Assembly: GCF_001194135.2 (NCBI RefSeq)
Contig: NC_069004.1
Location: forward strand, 33,744,693 to 33,808,692
Direction: 5' to 3'
DNA: 64,000 bases
Origin: Octopus bimaculoides
Taxonomy: Eukaryota
The notes under the pieces are model-generated. The model did not search any database. It was not told the DNA's origin and saw only the letters and a list, made by a program, of their open reading frames with translations. Positions within the stretch are counted from its first letter, which is position 1; each line of letters opens with the position of its first letter. A program made the translations under genes and the position numbers. This document shows, one piece after another, positions 34,758 through 45,645 of the stretch.

Positions 34758-37640
34758 CACATACACACACACACACTGGGTTGGCTAAAAGTCACCTGAC
34801 AGTAAATCAAAACCATATAATTTCGATTGTATTTTCTTTATCAATTTCTTTTTAATCGTCAGGTTGTCTTTCGACAAAGACGGTATGATTCAAAGAGCAA
34901 AGAACATCATTACGATGTACAAAGAATTAGGGATCGAGAAGGAGAGAATCTTAATAAAGCTGAGTTCCACTTGGGAAGGAATACAGGCTGCCAAGTAAGT
35001 CGATGATTCTTCTGATATTCCTTTCATGTATAGAGGGCAGGGCTGTTTGTGTTTGTCAGGAGAGAATTTGTAGTTGGGGGAAATCTGTTTCTGTGGTCGA
35101 TAAAACTAGTACCAGTTACGCACTGGGGTTGATGTCATCGACTTAATCCCTTCCCCCAAATTTGAGGCCTTCTGCTTCCAGTAGAAAGGATTATTATTAT
35201 TATTATCATTGTGAAGGCAGTGAGCTGGCAGAATTGTTAGCATGCCGGGTGAAATGCTTCATGGAATATGTTTTTAGGCTCCACATTCGAGTTACTTCTA
35301 TTTCCAGAGTTTTTGTATTTTGAAAGTTTCTCCATTTCTTTTAGAGAAATGTTGTCATCCGATTATTATTATTCAGTGGTCTTATTTTTATCATGTGCTT
35401 TCACTTCACTCCCGAGCACAGTTCTGTGTGCCTCGGGTACATGCTGTAGTTTGTTGTGATGCTCTTACTTTTGCTGTATTGAAAGTGTTTCACGTAGGAG
35501 GAGTGCAGTGTCTAGTACTGCCATTTACTGTATGTTGTATATACTTTATTATTATTCTCATTCTTTTTGTTTGCAGAGAATTGGAATCAAAACATGGCAT
35601 TCATTGTAACATGACATTGTTGTTTAACTTTCATCAGGTGAGTTCTTCTTCAGCCAATTTTATTCCATCTTCAAAGTGATGTAGGGTTGTGTAATATCTT
35701 TTCTCTTTCTCCCTCTCTTGAGGGAAGGTAACGTTAAATCTCCACCCTCCACTCCACTCAGAAGTGAGTGCGAAGGTTGAGTGTTGAGTTGCTAGGCTTC
35801 ACTTTCCAGTGTCAAATCTTAACATTTATTTGTTCTTGCTTTGAATTATTCGTGTGTTATCTCGTAGGTTCAAGGTTTCTGTCGCTATGTTTCTGAGTTC
35901 AAATTTCGCTGAGGTTGACTTTGCCTTTCATCCTTCTGGGGTCAATAAAATAAGTACCAGTTAAGCACTGGGGTCAATGTAATCAACTAGCCTCTTCCCC
36001 ATAAAATGGCTGCCCTCGTGGCAAAATTTGAAACCATTATTATTATTATTATTACCAAGGTAGCGACTGGCAGAATTGTTACTGCGCCGGGCAAAATGTT
36101 CAGCAGCATTTCATTTGTCTTGATGCCCCAAGTTCAAATTCTACTGAGGTCTATGTTGCCTTTCATCCTTCTGGGGTTGATATAATCAACTCACTCCAAC
36201 CCCTAAAATCTCAGGCCTTGTGTCTGATATAGAAAGGATTTTTATTATTATAATTATTTCTTCTCTGCAGGCTGTAGCATGTGCTGAGGCTGGAGTGACT
36301 CTCATCTCTCCATTTGTTGGTCGTATCTTGGACTGGTATGTCAAAAATACAGACAAAAAACACTTTGAACCCTTGGAAGACCCTGGTAAGTCGATGTCTG
36401 GTTTCTTTGCCTTTTAAAATTGCTACTAGCTTATTAACAATTTAATTTCTTGATTGGACACAAACTAATTAACCCCATTGTATTGCTTTTTATAAGGGCC
36501 TTTGTTACAGAACAGTTGTGTAACTGTAGATATATTCAGCCATATCAGCACCAAGCAGTGTTTAGGCATTACCGAATTTAGGTTCATTAAAATATGTCTG
36601 TGATGTCTTTTAATTTCTCAACATAAATTCACTGCAGTTGCTGTGGAGAAAAAAATTATTCTCTCTTTGGTATTTCCAAATGATAACAGCAAAATAGCTA
36701 GAAATGCTGCATTTGGGAATCTGACAGGCCTGTGTTAGATATTTCTTGCCCTGTATCTAGCATAGGGCAGATATACCGTTTTTACATCTTTTACCATAAG
36801 AGAGGAATTTTTTTCTTCTCTAAGGAGCTTGCTTCCCAACCACATGGTTCCAGGTTCAGTCCCACTGCGTGGCACCTTGGCCAAGTGTCTTCTACTATAG
36901 CCTTGGGTCGACCTAAGCCTTGTGAGTGGATTTGGTAGACGGAAACTGAAAGAAGCCCATCATATATATTTATGTGTGTGTGTGTGTGCCTGTGTCTTTG
37001 AGTCTGTGTTTGTCTCCCACCACCGCTTGACAACTGATGTTGGTGCATTTATGTACCTGTAACTTAGCGGTTTGGCAAAGAGACATTGACAGAATAAGTA
37101 CTAGGCTTAGAAAGAATCAGTCCTGGGGTCGATTTCTTCGAATAAGAATCCTTTAAGGTGGTGCTCCAGCATGGCCACAGTCAAATGGCTGAAACAAGTG
37201 AAAGAGTAAAAGGATAAGAGGAACTTCCATGAATTTGCCTTTAAAAGTTGGAATTTGTCACAAACACATTTTAATTAACCTAAAGTTCGTTTATTTCTGT
37301 ATCTGAAGAAATATTTTCTTAAATTAAAAATCATAAAAAATCTTTAACAATCAGACTGACCAGAAACCAGAGACCCTTTGGAAGGAAGTTTTTGGATTGC
37401 CCTTCTATATGGACCTCTCACTTGTTGGCATTGACCAATTCTAGTCTCCTGATTTTGTTTTTCTTTTCCAGGTGTGAAAAGCGTCACAAAAATCTATAAC
37501 TTCTACAAGAAATTTAATCACAAGACAGTAGTGATGGGGGCATCGTTTCGTAACACGGGTCAGATAACTGGTTTGTCCGGCTGTGACTTGCTGACCATCA
37601 GGTAAGATTTGCTCTTTCTTTCATCCCAGTCATATCAGCC

Positions 37641-37673
<33 letters not shown>

Positions 37674-38386
37674 GGTCGACAAGCTGGCAGAATCGTTAGC
37701 ACGCTGAGTGAAATGCTTAGTGGTATTTTGTCTGCTGTTATGTTCTGAGTTCAAATTCCACCAAGGTCGACTTTGCCTAATCCCCTCTCCACAAATTTCA
37801 GGCCTTGTGCCTTTAATAGAAAACATTATTATTATTATTATCAAGGTGTTGAGATAACAGAATGGTTAGCATATTTGCCAGGCCAAATGTTTAGCACCGT
37901 TTTGTCCGACTTTACATTCTGAGAAAGAATTTTACGGAGGACCTCTTTGCCTTTCACCCTTGATACCATTAAGTACCAGTGGAGTACTGGGGTTGACGAG
38001 ATTGGCNNNNNNNNNNNNNNNNCCCCCCTGAAATTACTGGTCTTCTGCTGACAGAACCGTTGGCACACTGGGCAAAACATTTGGCAGCATCACGTCCACC
38101 TTTTTATGTTCTGGAGTTCCAATTCCACCATAGCTTGACTTTGCCTTTCATCCTTTTGGAGGTCAATAAAACAAGGACCAAGTTGCTCACTGGAGTCAAA
38201 TGTAATCAACTTTCCTTGCTCCCCTAGTATTGCTGGCCTTGTGCCAAAATTTGAAACCAATATTCTTAATAAATTACTGATCCTTTATTCTTTGTCTTTC
38301 AAATTTTTATTAAAACAGCCCCAAATTATTGGAAGAACTCAGTAAAATGAACCACATCTTACAAACCCAGCTGTCAGTTGACAACG
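26153..38386 (+). CDS. TALDO1: Transaldolase gene, 8 coding exons found; C-terminal exon(s) not found in the sequenced part
   Basis: Motifs [40 protein letters not shown] (Schiff-base Lys), [29 protein letters not shown] and GCDLLTISPKLL. All junctions are GT-AG and phase-consistent. Confidence 0.97.
32430..32815 (-). mobile_element. SINE family D (tail ...GGAAAGCGGACGTTAAATGATGATG) containing a 66-bp tandem repeat
   Basis: The tail is shared with 1420-1655, 39140-39290, 48595-48790 and 50575-50765. GCCAGT recurs at 32615, 32681 and 32747. Confidence 0.7.
33130..33375 (-). mobile_element. 3' end of a non-LTR element with a restriction-like endonuclease C-terminus (R4/Dong-like)
   Basis: [40 protein letters not shown] resembles the RLE-LINE C-terminal helix; a homologous decayed copy lies at 55850-56095. 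Confidence 0.6.
33385..33660 (+). mobile_element. Decayed, internally deleted Tc1/mariner-superfamily transposase remnant
   Basis: [41 protein letters not shown] (HTH linker) followed by [16 protein letters not shown] (typical C-terminus). Confidence 0.7.
33797..33920 (+). CDS. TALDO1: TALDO1 exon 2
   Basis: tgacag| [42 protein letters not shown] |gtaagg (124 nt). Confidence 0.95.
34357..34464 (+). CDS. TALDO1: TALDO1 exon 3
   Basis: ttgtag| [36 protein letters not shown] |gtaagt (108 nt). Confidence 0.96.
34863..34994 (+). CDS. TALDO1: TALDO1 exon 4
   Basis: cgtcag| [44 protein letters not shown] |gtaagt (132 nt). Confidence 0.96.
35577..35637 (+). CDS. TALDO1: TALDO1 exon 5
   Basis: ttgcag| [20 protein letters not shown] |gtgagt (61 nt). 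Confidence 0.95.
36271..36385 (+). CDS. TALDO1: TALDO1 exon 6
   Basis: ctgcag| [38 protein letters not shown] |gtaagt (115 nt). Confidence 0.96.
36821..37210 (+). mobile_element. SINE family A copy
   Basis: Same head, core and tail as 54842-55220. Confidence 0.8.
37472..37601 (+). CDS. TALDO1: TALDO1 exon 7
   Basis: ttccag| [44 protein letters not shown] |gtaaga (130 nt). Confidence 0.96.
38319..38386 (+). CDS. TALDO1: TALDO1 exon 8
   Basis: aaacag| [22 protein letters not shown] |gtatgt (68 nt, ends phase 1). Confidence 0.92.
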
Positions 38387-39003
38387 GTATGTATTGATTT
38401 ATTGATCATTGCTATTAGTCTTTTGGTGGATTGGCAGTATTTGTTTTCGGATCAACCTTGCCTTTCATCCTTCAGGGGTCGATAAAGTAAAATGTTGTGA
38501 TTGTGGTTTCAATTTCTGGACTGGGATTTAGGGTTCACCAAATCCGTTCACAAGGCTGGAGCGAGAGAAGACAGAATTTGTTTTGAAAATAAAACCCAAT
38601 TAGCTCTTTACCATTTATTTTTCATAAATAAACAGGTACATGAGTGGCTGTGTGGTAAGAGGCTTGCTTACCAACCATATGGTTCTGGTTTCAGTCCTAC
38701 TGCATGGAACCTTGGGCATGTGTCTTCTACCATAACCTCGGGCCAACCAAAGCCTTGTGAATGGATTTGGTAGACTGAAAGAAGCCCGTCAAAAAGATAA
38801 AATTGTTTCGTCGATGCAACAACATATGGAAAGAAACTTTTTTCCCTTCCTTTTATTGTCTTTGGAAGCATCAAATGTGTATTGTATCCTACAGACAAGA
38901 AAGGAATATTTTGAACGCAAAAGTGGGGGAGTTTGTTTACCGATGATGTTGCATTCCAGAAGAATCTATGTTTATAGCATTAAATTGACAGAAATTTTTG
39001 TCA

Positions 39004-39075
39004 GGGGGCAGTTTAGCTTAATGGTAGAGTACCAGCCAGTATGTGGGAGGTGCAGGTTTCAAGTCTCCCAACATT
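39004..39075 (+). pseudogene. Degenerate tRNA-like sequence (tRNA-Ala-like pseudogene or SINE head)
   Basis: TAGCTTAATGGTAGAG...ATGTGGGAGGTGCAGGTTTCAAGTCTCC resembles tRNA-Ala, but the stems are disrupted. Confidence 0.35.
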
Positions 39076-41686
39076 TTCTGCCCTACAAGGGTAACATACT
39101 CAATGTTTCTGCTGTTTTCACACCTACACTCATTGTCACTTAAAATCCGTTGTCCTTGCTGTCATGGGTTGGACAGTTTGACCAAGGCTGTGCCAGACTC
39201 CAGTCTGTTTTGGCATGGTTTCTACAGCTGGATGTCCTTCCTAATGCCAACCACTTTGTGTGCCAGTGGTATCTGCCACAACTGCGATTTTACTCGGCTT
39301 GGTGGGTCTTCTCAAGCGCGGCATAATGGCAAATGGTCTCAGTCCTTTCCTCTGTGAGGCCCAACATTCAAAAGAAGCTCCACCACTTTGCCTCCATGAG
39401 GCTGAATGCTCGAAAGATGTCTGCGTTTGGAATNNNNNNNNNNNNNNNNNNNNNNNNNNNNNNNNNNNNNNNNNNNNNNNNNNNNNNNNNNNNNNNNNNN
39501 NNNNNNNNNNNNNNNNNNNNNNNNNNNNNNNNNNNNNNNNNNNNNNNNNNNNNNNNNNNNNNNNNNNNNNNNNNNNNNNNNNNNNNNNNNNNNNNNNNNN
39601 NNNNNNNNNNNNNNNNNNNNNNNNNNNNNNNNNNNNNNNNNNNNNNNNNNNNNNNNNNNNNNNNNNNNNNNNNNNNNNNNNNNNNNNNNNNNNNNNNNNN
39701 NNNNNNNNNNNNNNNNNNNNNNNNNNNNNNNNNNNNNNNNNNNNNNNNNNNNNNNNNNNNNNNNNNNNNNNNNNNNNNNNNNNNNNNNNNNNNNNNNNNN
39801 NNNNNNNNNNNNNNNNNNNNNNNNNNNNNNNNNNNNNNNNNNNNNNNNNNNNNNNNNNNNNNNNNNNNNNNNNNNNNNNNNNNNNNNNNNNNNNNNNNNN
39901 NNNNNNNNNNNNNNNNNNNNNNNNNNNNNNNNNNNNNNNNNNNNNNNNNNNNNNNNNNNNNNNNNNNNNNNNNNNNNNNNNNNNNNNNNNNNNNNNNNNN
40001 NNNNNNNNNNNNNNNNNNNNNNNNNNNNNNNNNNNNNNNNNNNNNNNNNNNNNNNNNNNNNNNNNNNNNNNNNNNNNNNNNNNNNNNNNNNNNNNNNNNN
40101 NNNNNNNNNNNNNNNNNNNNNNNNNNNNNNNNNNNNNNNNNNNNNNNNNNNNNNNNNNNNNNNNNNNNNNNNNNNNNNNNNNNNNNNNNNNNNNNNNNNN
40201 NNNNNNNNNNNNNNNNNNNNNNNNNNNNNNNNNNNNNNNNNNNNNNNNNNNAAAATAACAGAACCGTCTGCGTGTTGCACAAACTGCTTAGCGACATTTC
40301 TTCCTGCTTTGCCATACCTTGTTTCTCCCAAAACTTCTAGCCTTGAGTGAAGATTTAAAATAATTATTATCAAAAGGTAGTCAAATGGCAGAACCGTTAG
40401 CACACTGGACAAAATGCTTAGTGGCATTTCATGTGTGACTGTTCTGAGTTCAAATTCTGCCAAGGTCGACAAATTAAGCACCAGTTGAGCACTGGGGTCG
40501 ATGTGTCAGGCCTTGTGCCTATTAGTAGAAAGGATTATTATTATTATTATAAAGGTGGTGAGCAAAATTGTTGGTGCATTAGATAAAATGCTTAGTGGTA
40601 TTTCTTTTGGCTCGTTATGTTCTTGAGTTCAAATACCACCAAGGCTGGTTCTGTCTTTTATCCTTTTTGGATTGATAAAACAAGTACCAGTCATGTCCTG
40701 TGACTTAACCTGCACCTCTCAAAACTGCTAACCTTGAGCTAAACATTTGAAATAATTATTATAATTATTATCAAAAGGTGGTCAAATGGCAGAATTGGAC
40801 AAAATGCTTAGTGGCAGCATTTTATTCTGGTTGTTTATGTTCTGTATTTCGATTTTTTACTGAGGTCAGTTTTGCCTTTCATCCTTTGAGGGTCAATAAA
40901 ATAAAGTACCAGTCATGTACTGGGGATCGATGTAACTGATTAAATTCCTCCTGTTAGCGCGTCAAACAAAATGCTTTGTGGTATATTTCCCATAAAGTTA
41001 CTTTTGCCTTTCTTCCCTCTGTGGTTGATGAGCAAAGTTCCGTTCAGTTACCAGAATGGTCAACGGTACAGACTGACCAGTCCCCTCCGTCACTAAAATT
41101 CCAGGTCTGGTGCTACATAAGGGATTATTGGGAGGGTGATACTGAAGTTTAAATTCAGTGTTCGATTCATGCTGAGGTTGAATTTATTAATCCTAGAAAG
41201 ACGAACGAGTACCTGCTCTATACCATGGGGCTCTAGAGGTGCCGATGTGATATATAGCATGCTGCTTTGGACATGCAGTCTATGCAGGCCCGGCAGAGCT
41301 CATCTTTCTCCGGGTCCAACCGCAGCTAATTTAATTGAGAAACTTCTTCCCCTAAATTTGTAACTCTGTGCTTAAGAAATTATCATGGTTAAGAGTTCAA
41401 ATCCTTTTGAGAGTTAATTTTGGGTTTTTTCCTTTCTGGGGCAGATAAAATAAATATTGAGTGAAGCATTGGAGTCAATATAATTGACTGTTCCCTTCCC
41501 TGAAGTATGAGGTTTTGTGTCACTTGTTTCGATCATTGGATTGCAACCATTCTGGGGTTTAGTTGAACAATCGACCTCAGTACTTAATTTTTAAAGTCTG
41601 GTAACTTATTCTATCAATCTCTTTTGCTGAACCACTAAAGGGATATAAACAAACCAACACGAATTGTTAAATGGTGGCAGGAACAA

Positions 41687-41718
<32 letters not shown>

Positions 41719-41833
41719 CTATATATATATATCTCATATGCTTCCATCCTGTTTCTATTTCCTAAATCCGCAAGCCATTGCATGTTTGGGGTTTGGCCTT
41801 CCGACAGAATTTTATGAAAGAAACTTTGGCACT

Positions 41834-42125
41834 GGCATGGCCACGTGGTTAAGAAACTTGTATCGCAACCATGTGGTTTCAGGTTCAGTCCCACTACGTG
41901 GCACCTTGGGTAAGTGTCTTTCTATTATAACCCTGGGGTTAACCAATGCCTTGTGAGTGAATTTTGTAGACAGAAACTGTGTGGAAGCCTGTATGTGTGT
42001 GTGTTTGTCATCACCACTTTGATAACTGGTGTTGGTGTGTTTATGTCCCCATAACTTAGCAGTTCAGAAAAAAAACTGACAGACTTCAAAAAATAAATAC
42101 TGGGGGTTGATCTGTTTGACTAAAC
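41834..42125 (+). mobile_element. SINE family A copy, diverged
   Basis: GGTTCAGTCCCACTACGTGGCACCTTGGGTAAGTGTCT head and core. Confidence 0.75.
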
Positions 42126-42507
42126 CCTTGACCTTTTCAAAATTCAGATTACTGTCAAATCTAATCCTTATTCATTCCCATCATTTTGAATTAATCCTGC
42201 ATTACTTTGTAGTTTTGGGATTTAGAAGATGTGATGGTTTATTTTCAGAATGACATTGTAGGGTAGGTGGGAGAGGTCAGATCTGGCTGGTTTGAACATA
42301 AAACAGGTAGGATATTTGGTTTGGTTATGGTTGCTTTAAATGCCAGTTGATGTACCAGTCTGGCTGCCGACCAATGACTGAAACAAGGTAAATGTGGAGA
42401 AATTGTGGTGTAATTCTCAAGAATTGAGGAATTTTTAAAAACCTAATGGTTTACTTGAAATAGCAAAAAGAACTATTGTTTACAACTGAGCTTAAGACAG
42501 ATATATA

Positions 42508-43061
42508 TGAGGTGGTCAGACTCAGATAAATTTGTTCGTTTCTTTCCAATGTTATTTGAATTAAACAAAAAAAATATTTTTATGGTGGTTTTATCCTTTA
42601 AAGATTTATTCTTCCTCTACAATGTCTGTTTATCGTTTTTGAAATTTGAATAACTTTTGCTTCTTTTCAGACACACGACGATGGAGAGCCCCGTAGAGAA
42701 AAACGAGCATTTACGACACCTCCTCCTCTTTGCTTTCAACCAAGGCGCCAAGGCTACCAAAGCCGCTCGAGACATCTGTGCCGTGTATGGAGAGGGCACC
42801 ATTACTGAAAGAACTGCACAGAAATGGTTTGCGCGCTTCAAGGAAGGCAAATTTGATCTCTCAGACTCTCCACGCTCTGGCCGACCCGTTCAGTTCGATG
42901 AAGAACGATTGCACCAACTCATCCATGAAGATCCACGCCAATCCACGAGGCAGTTGGCCCAGCAAATGGGATGCTCACACGACAGCATTGCTCGCCATCT
43001 TCACTCGATGGTTAAGATCCCAAAAATAGAAAAATAGGAATGAATTTATCTGACAACCTAA
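42508..43061 (+). mobile_element. Internally deleted mariner element; retains the transposase N-terminal HTH ORF (42681-43037) and lacks the DDD domain
   Basis: MESPVEKNEHLRHLLLFAFNQGAKATKAARDICAVYGEGTITERTAQKWFARFKEGKFDLSDSPRSGRP is a Mos1/Hsmar1-type DNA-binding domain. Right TIR GAATGAATTTATCTGACAACCTAA at 43038-43061, with a degenerate left TIR from about 42508. Confidence 0.88.
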
Positions 43062-45526
43062 CACTTATCGAGGCACCGTTTTATAACCAGGCGCCATTCC
43101 TGTTGCAGACCCTTATCTATTTTTTGTAAATAAGGGTATCTCATAGTTTGTGTGTCTGTGAAGGCACAAAATGAGCAGACTTTTTGTTGACAGAAGGGAC
43201 AACATCCATCACAGCTTGTGTAAGAAACTTTTGTAGAACACAAATATAAAGAAACACACACACACAAACATCATAACCATGAGTGTCGACTCTCCATGCT
43301 TGTGTGGGGATGATTTTCTATGGGTGGATATCTTTCCTGTCCCCATTATCTGTTTTTAAGTAAGGTAATTGAACATGAACAGCATACCGGCCCAACAGGA
43401 TTTCAGGATAGACTGCAAACAAATGATCCTGCTTGGAAGAGACACGAGCAGTCCCGTATATAATCACACACACACACATGACTGGCGTCTTCCAGTTTCT
43501 GTCCAGTAAACCAACTGACAAGACTTTGGTAATTTGGAGGCAGAAGTACGAGATGTTTGTTCAATATAACATGCTGCAGGACCGAACATGAAATCTCATG
43601 GTTGTGAAGCAAACTTCTAAATTACACAGACATACATTTTAGACACACACACACATTATCATCATGGGTCAAATAGAGTTTACTGAGATTTACTACAGCT
43701 GGATGCTCTTCCTGTCAGCAACCCTTGCCTGTTTCCGAGCAAAGTATGGTTTCTTTTTGGTCAAACAGATTTTCCAAAGACTGGAGCTTAACAAAATTGT
43801 TAGTACGACAGGGATGTTTGTTTACATCACAGGATGTCAAGACAAGGGCACATGCACACACATATGTACAATGGGCTTCTTTCAGTTTTCATCTTACAAA
43901 TCTTTGGCTGGCCCGGGGCTATAGTGGACGACACTTGCTCAAGAAGCCACACAATGGAAGAGAAGCAGGTTTCTTAACCAGTCACACCTGTGCTTTATAT
44001 ATACCTGTATCCTATGTATGATAGGCTTCCTTCAGTTTCCACTCCCCAAAGTGAGTCATGAGCTTACAACAATTTATCCTATCACAGTCATAAGCGTCCA
44101 GAATGAATTGCAATAAAAGGTACCAAAAGAACTGAAGGAATTTCCAATGTATTTAGCTTTCTATGGAACGTATTCCATTGTCTTTTATAACCCTTAACTC
44201 ACCCAACAAACATACCTTAAAGACTTGTCTTGTGAATTTAATTTCAAAAATAACTAAAAAAAAAAAACAAAAAACACTCTTTTTTTGTTACTATATTTTG
44301 TTTAAAATACACTGTCTTTGTTTCAATTAATTTTGAAAATAGTGAAGAATTTAGTAAAATAACTTTGTCATTATTTTGATGTTTGGGACATAATGTAAAA
44401 TTTAGGTGGAAGGATTTAACTTAGATCCCTTTAACCCTTTTTTTTACCATATTTCTGTTGAAATACACACTGCCTTCGTCTCAACGAATTTTGAAAATAA
44501 TGAAGAATAGCATGATTTTGTCGTTATTAAACTGGTGTTTGGAACATAAAATCAAAACCATTTTAACCCATTAGCATTCANNNNNNNNNNNNNNNNNNNN
44601 NNNNNNNNNNNNNNNNNNNNNNNNNNNNNNNNNNNNNNNNNNNNNNNNNNNNNNNNNNNNNNNNNNNNNNNNNNNNNNNNNNNNNNNNNNNNNNNNNNNN
44701 NNNNNNNNNNNNNNNNNNNNNNNNNNNNNNNNNNNNNNNNNNNNNNNNNNNNNNNNNNNNNNNNNNNNNNNNNNNNNNNNNNNNNNNNNNNNNNNNNNNN
44801 NNNNNNNNNNNNNNNNNNNNNNNNNNNNNNNNNNNNNNNNNNNNNNNNNNNNNNNNNNNNNNNNNNNNNNNNNNNNNNNNNNNNNNNNNNNNNNNNNNNN
44901 NNNNNNNNNNNNNNNNNNNNNNNNNNNNNNNNNNNNNNNNNNNNNNNNNNNNNNNNNNNNNNNNNNNNNNNNNNNNNNNNNNNNNNNNNNNNNNNNNNNN
45001 NNNNNNNNNNNNNNNNNNNNNNNNNNNNNNNNNNNNNNNNNNNNNNNNNNNNNNNNNNNNNNNNNNNNNNNNNNNNNNNNNNNNNNNNNNNNNNNNNNNN
45101 NNNNNNNNNNNNNNNNNNNNNNNNNNNNNNNNNNNNNNNNNNNNNNNNNNNNNNNNNNNNNNNNNNNNNNNNNNNNNNNNNNNNNNNNNNNNNNNNNNNN
45201 NNNNNNNNNNNNNNNNNNNNNNNNNNNNNNNNNNNNNNNNNNNNNNNNNNNNNNNNNNNNNNNNNNNNNNNNNNNNNNNNNNNNNNNNNNNNNNNNNNNN
45301 NNNNNNNNNNNNNNNNNNNNNNNNNNNNNNNNNNNNNNNTGTTGCTTTTTGTAAATGGGAAATCATCAATGATGTTTGGAGGGAATGCATCCTTTTAGAG
45401 GCAAAAAAAAAAAAAAGTACAAAGGAACTCAAAACTGAGTAAATTCATGGTTGAATGCTCTGGACAATTCTTGCAGCAAAGTAAAACCAAAAAAACAACA
45501 AAACAGAAACCCAAAACTACCTTGGT

Positions 45527-45645
45527 TCATGTTTTCACCATTTTTATAAGACTTCTCAAGGCTCCTTCCTCTCCTTCTTTCTGAAGCAACTGTTTGAAGA
45601 GTTGTGGAAGATTGGTCAAGAAATCTGCTTTCGAATATGCTTCTT
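45527..45645 (-). CDS. CENPP: CENP-P-like exon 9 (terminal)
   Basis: ccttgtag| EAYSKADFLTNLPQLFKQLLQKEGEEGALRSLIKMVKT* (119 nt, phase 1). Confidence 0.85.
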
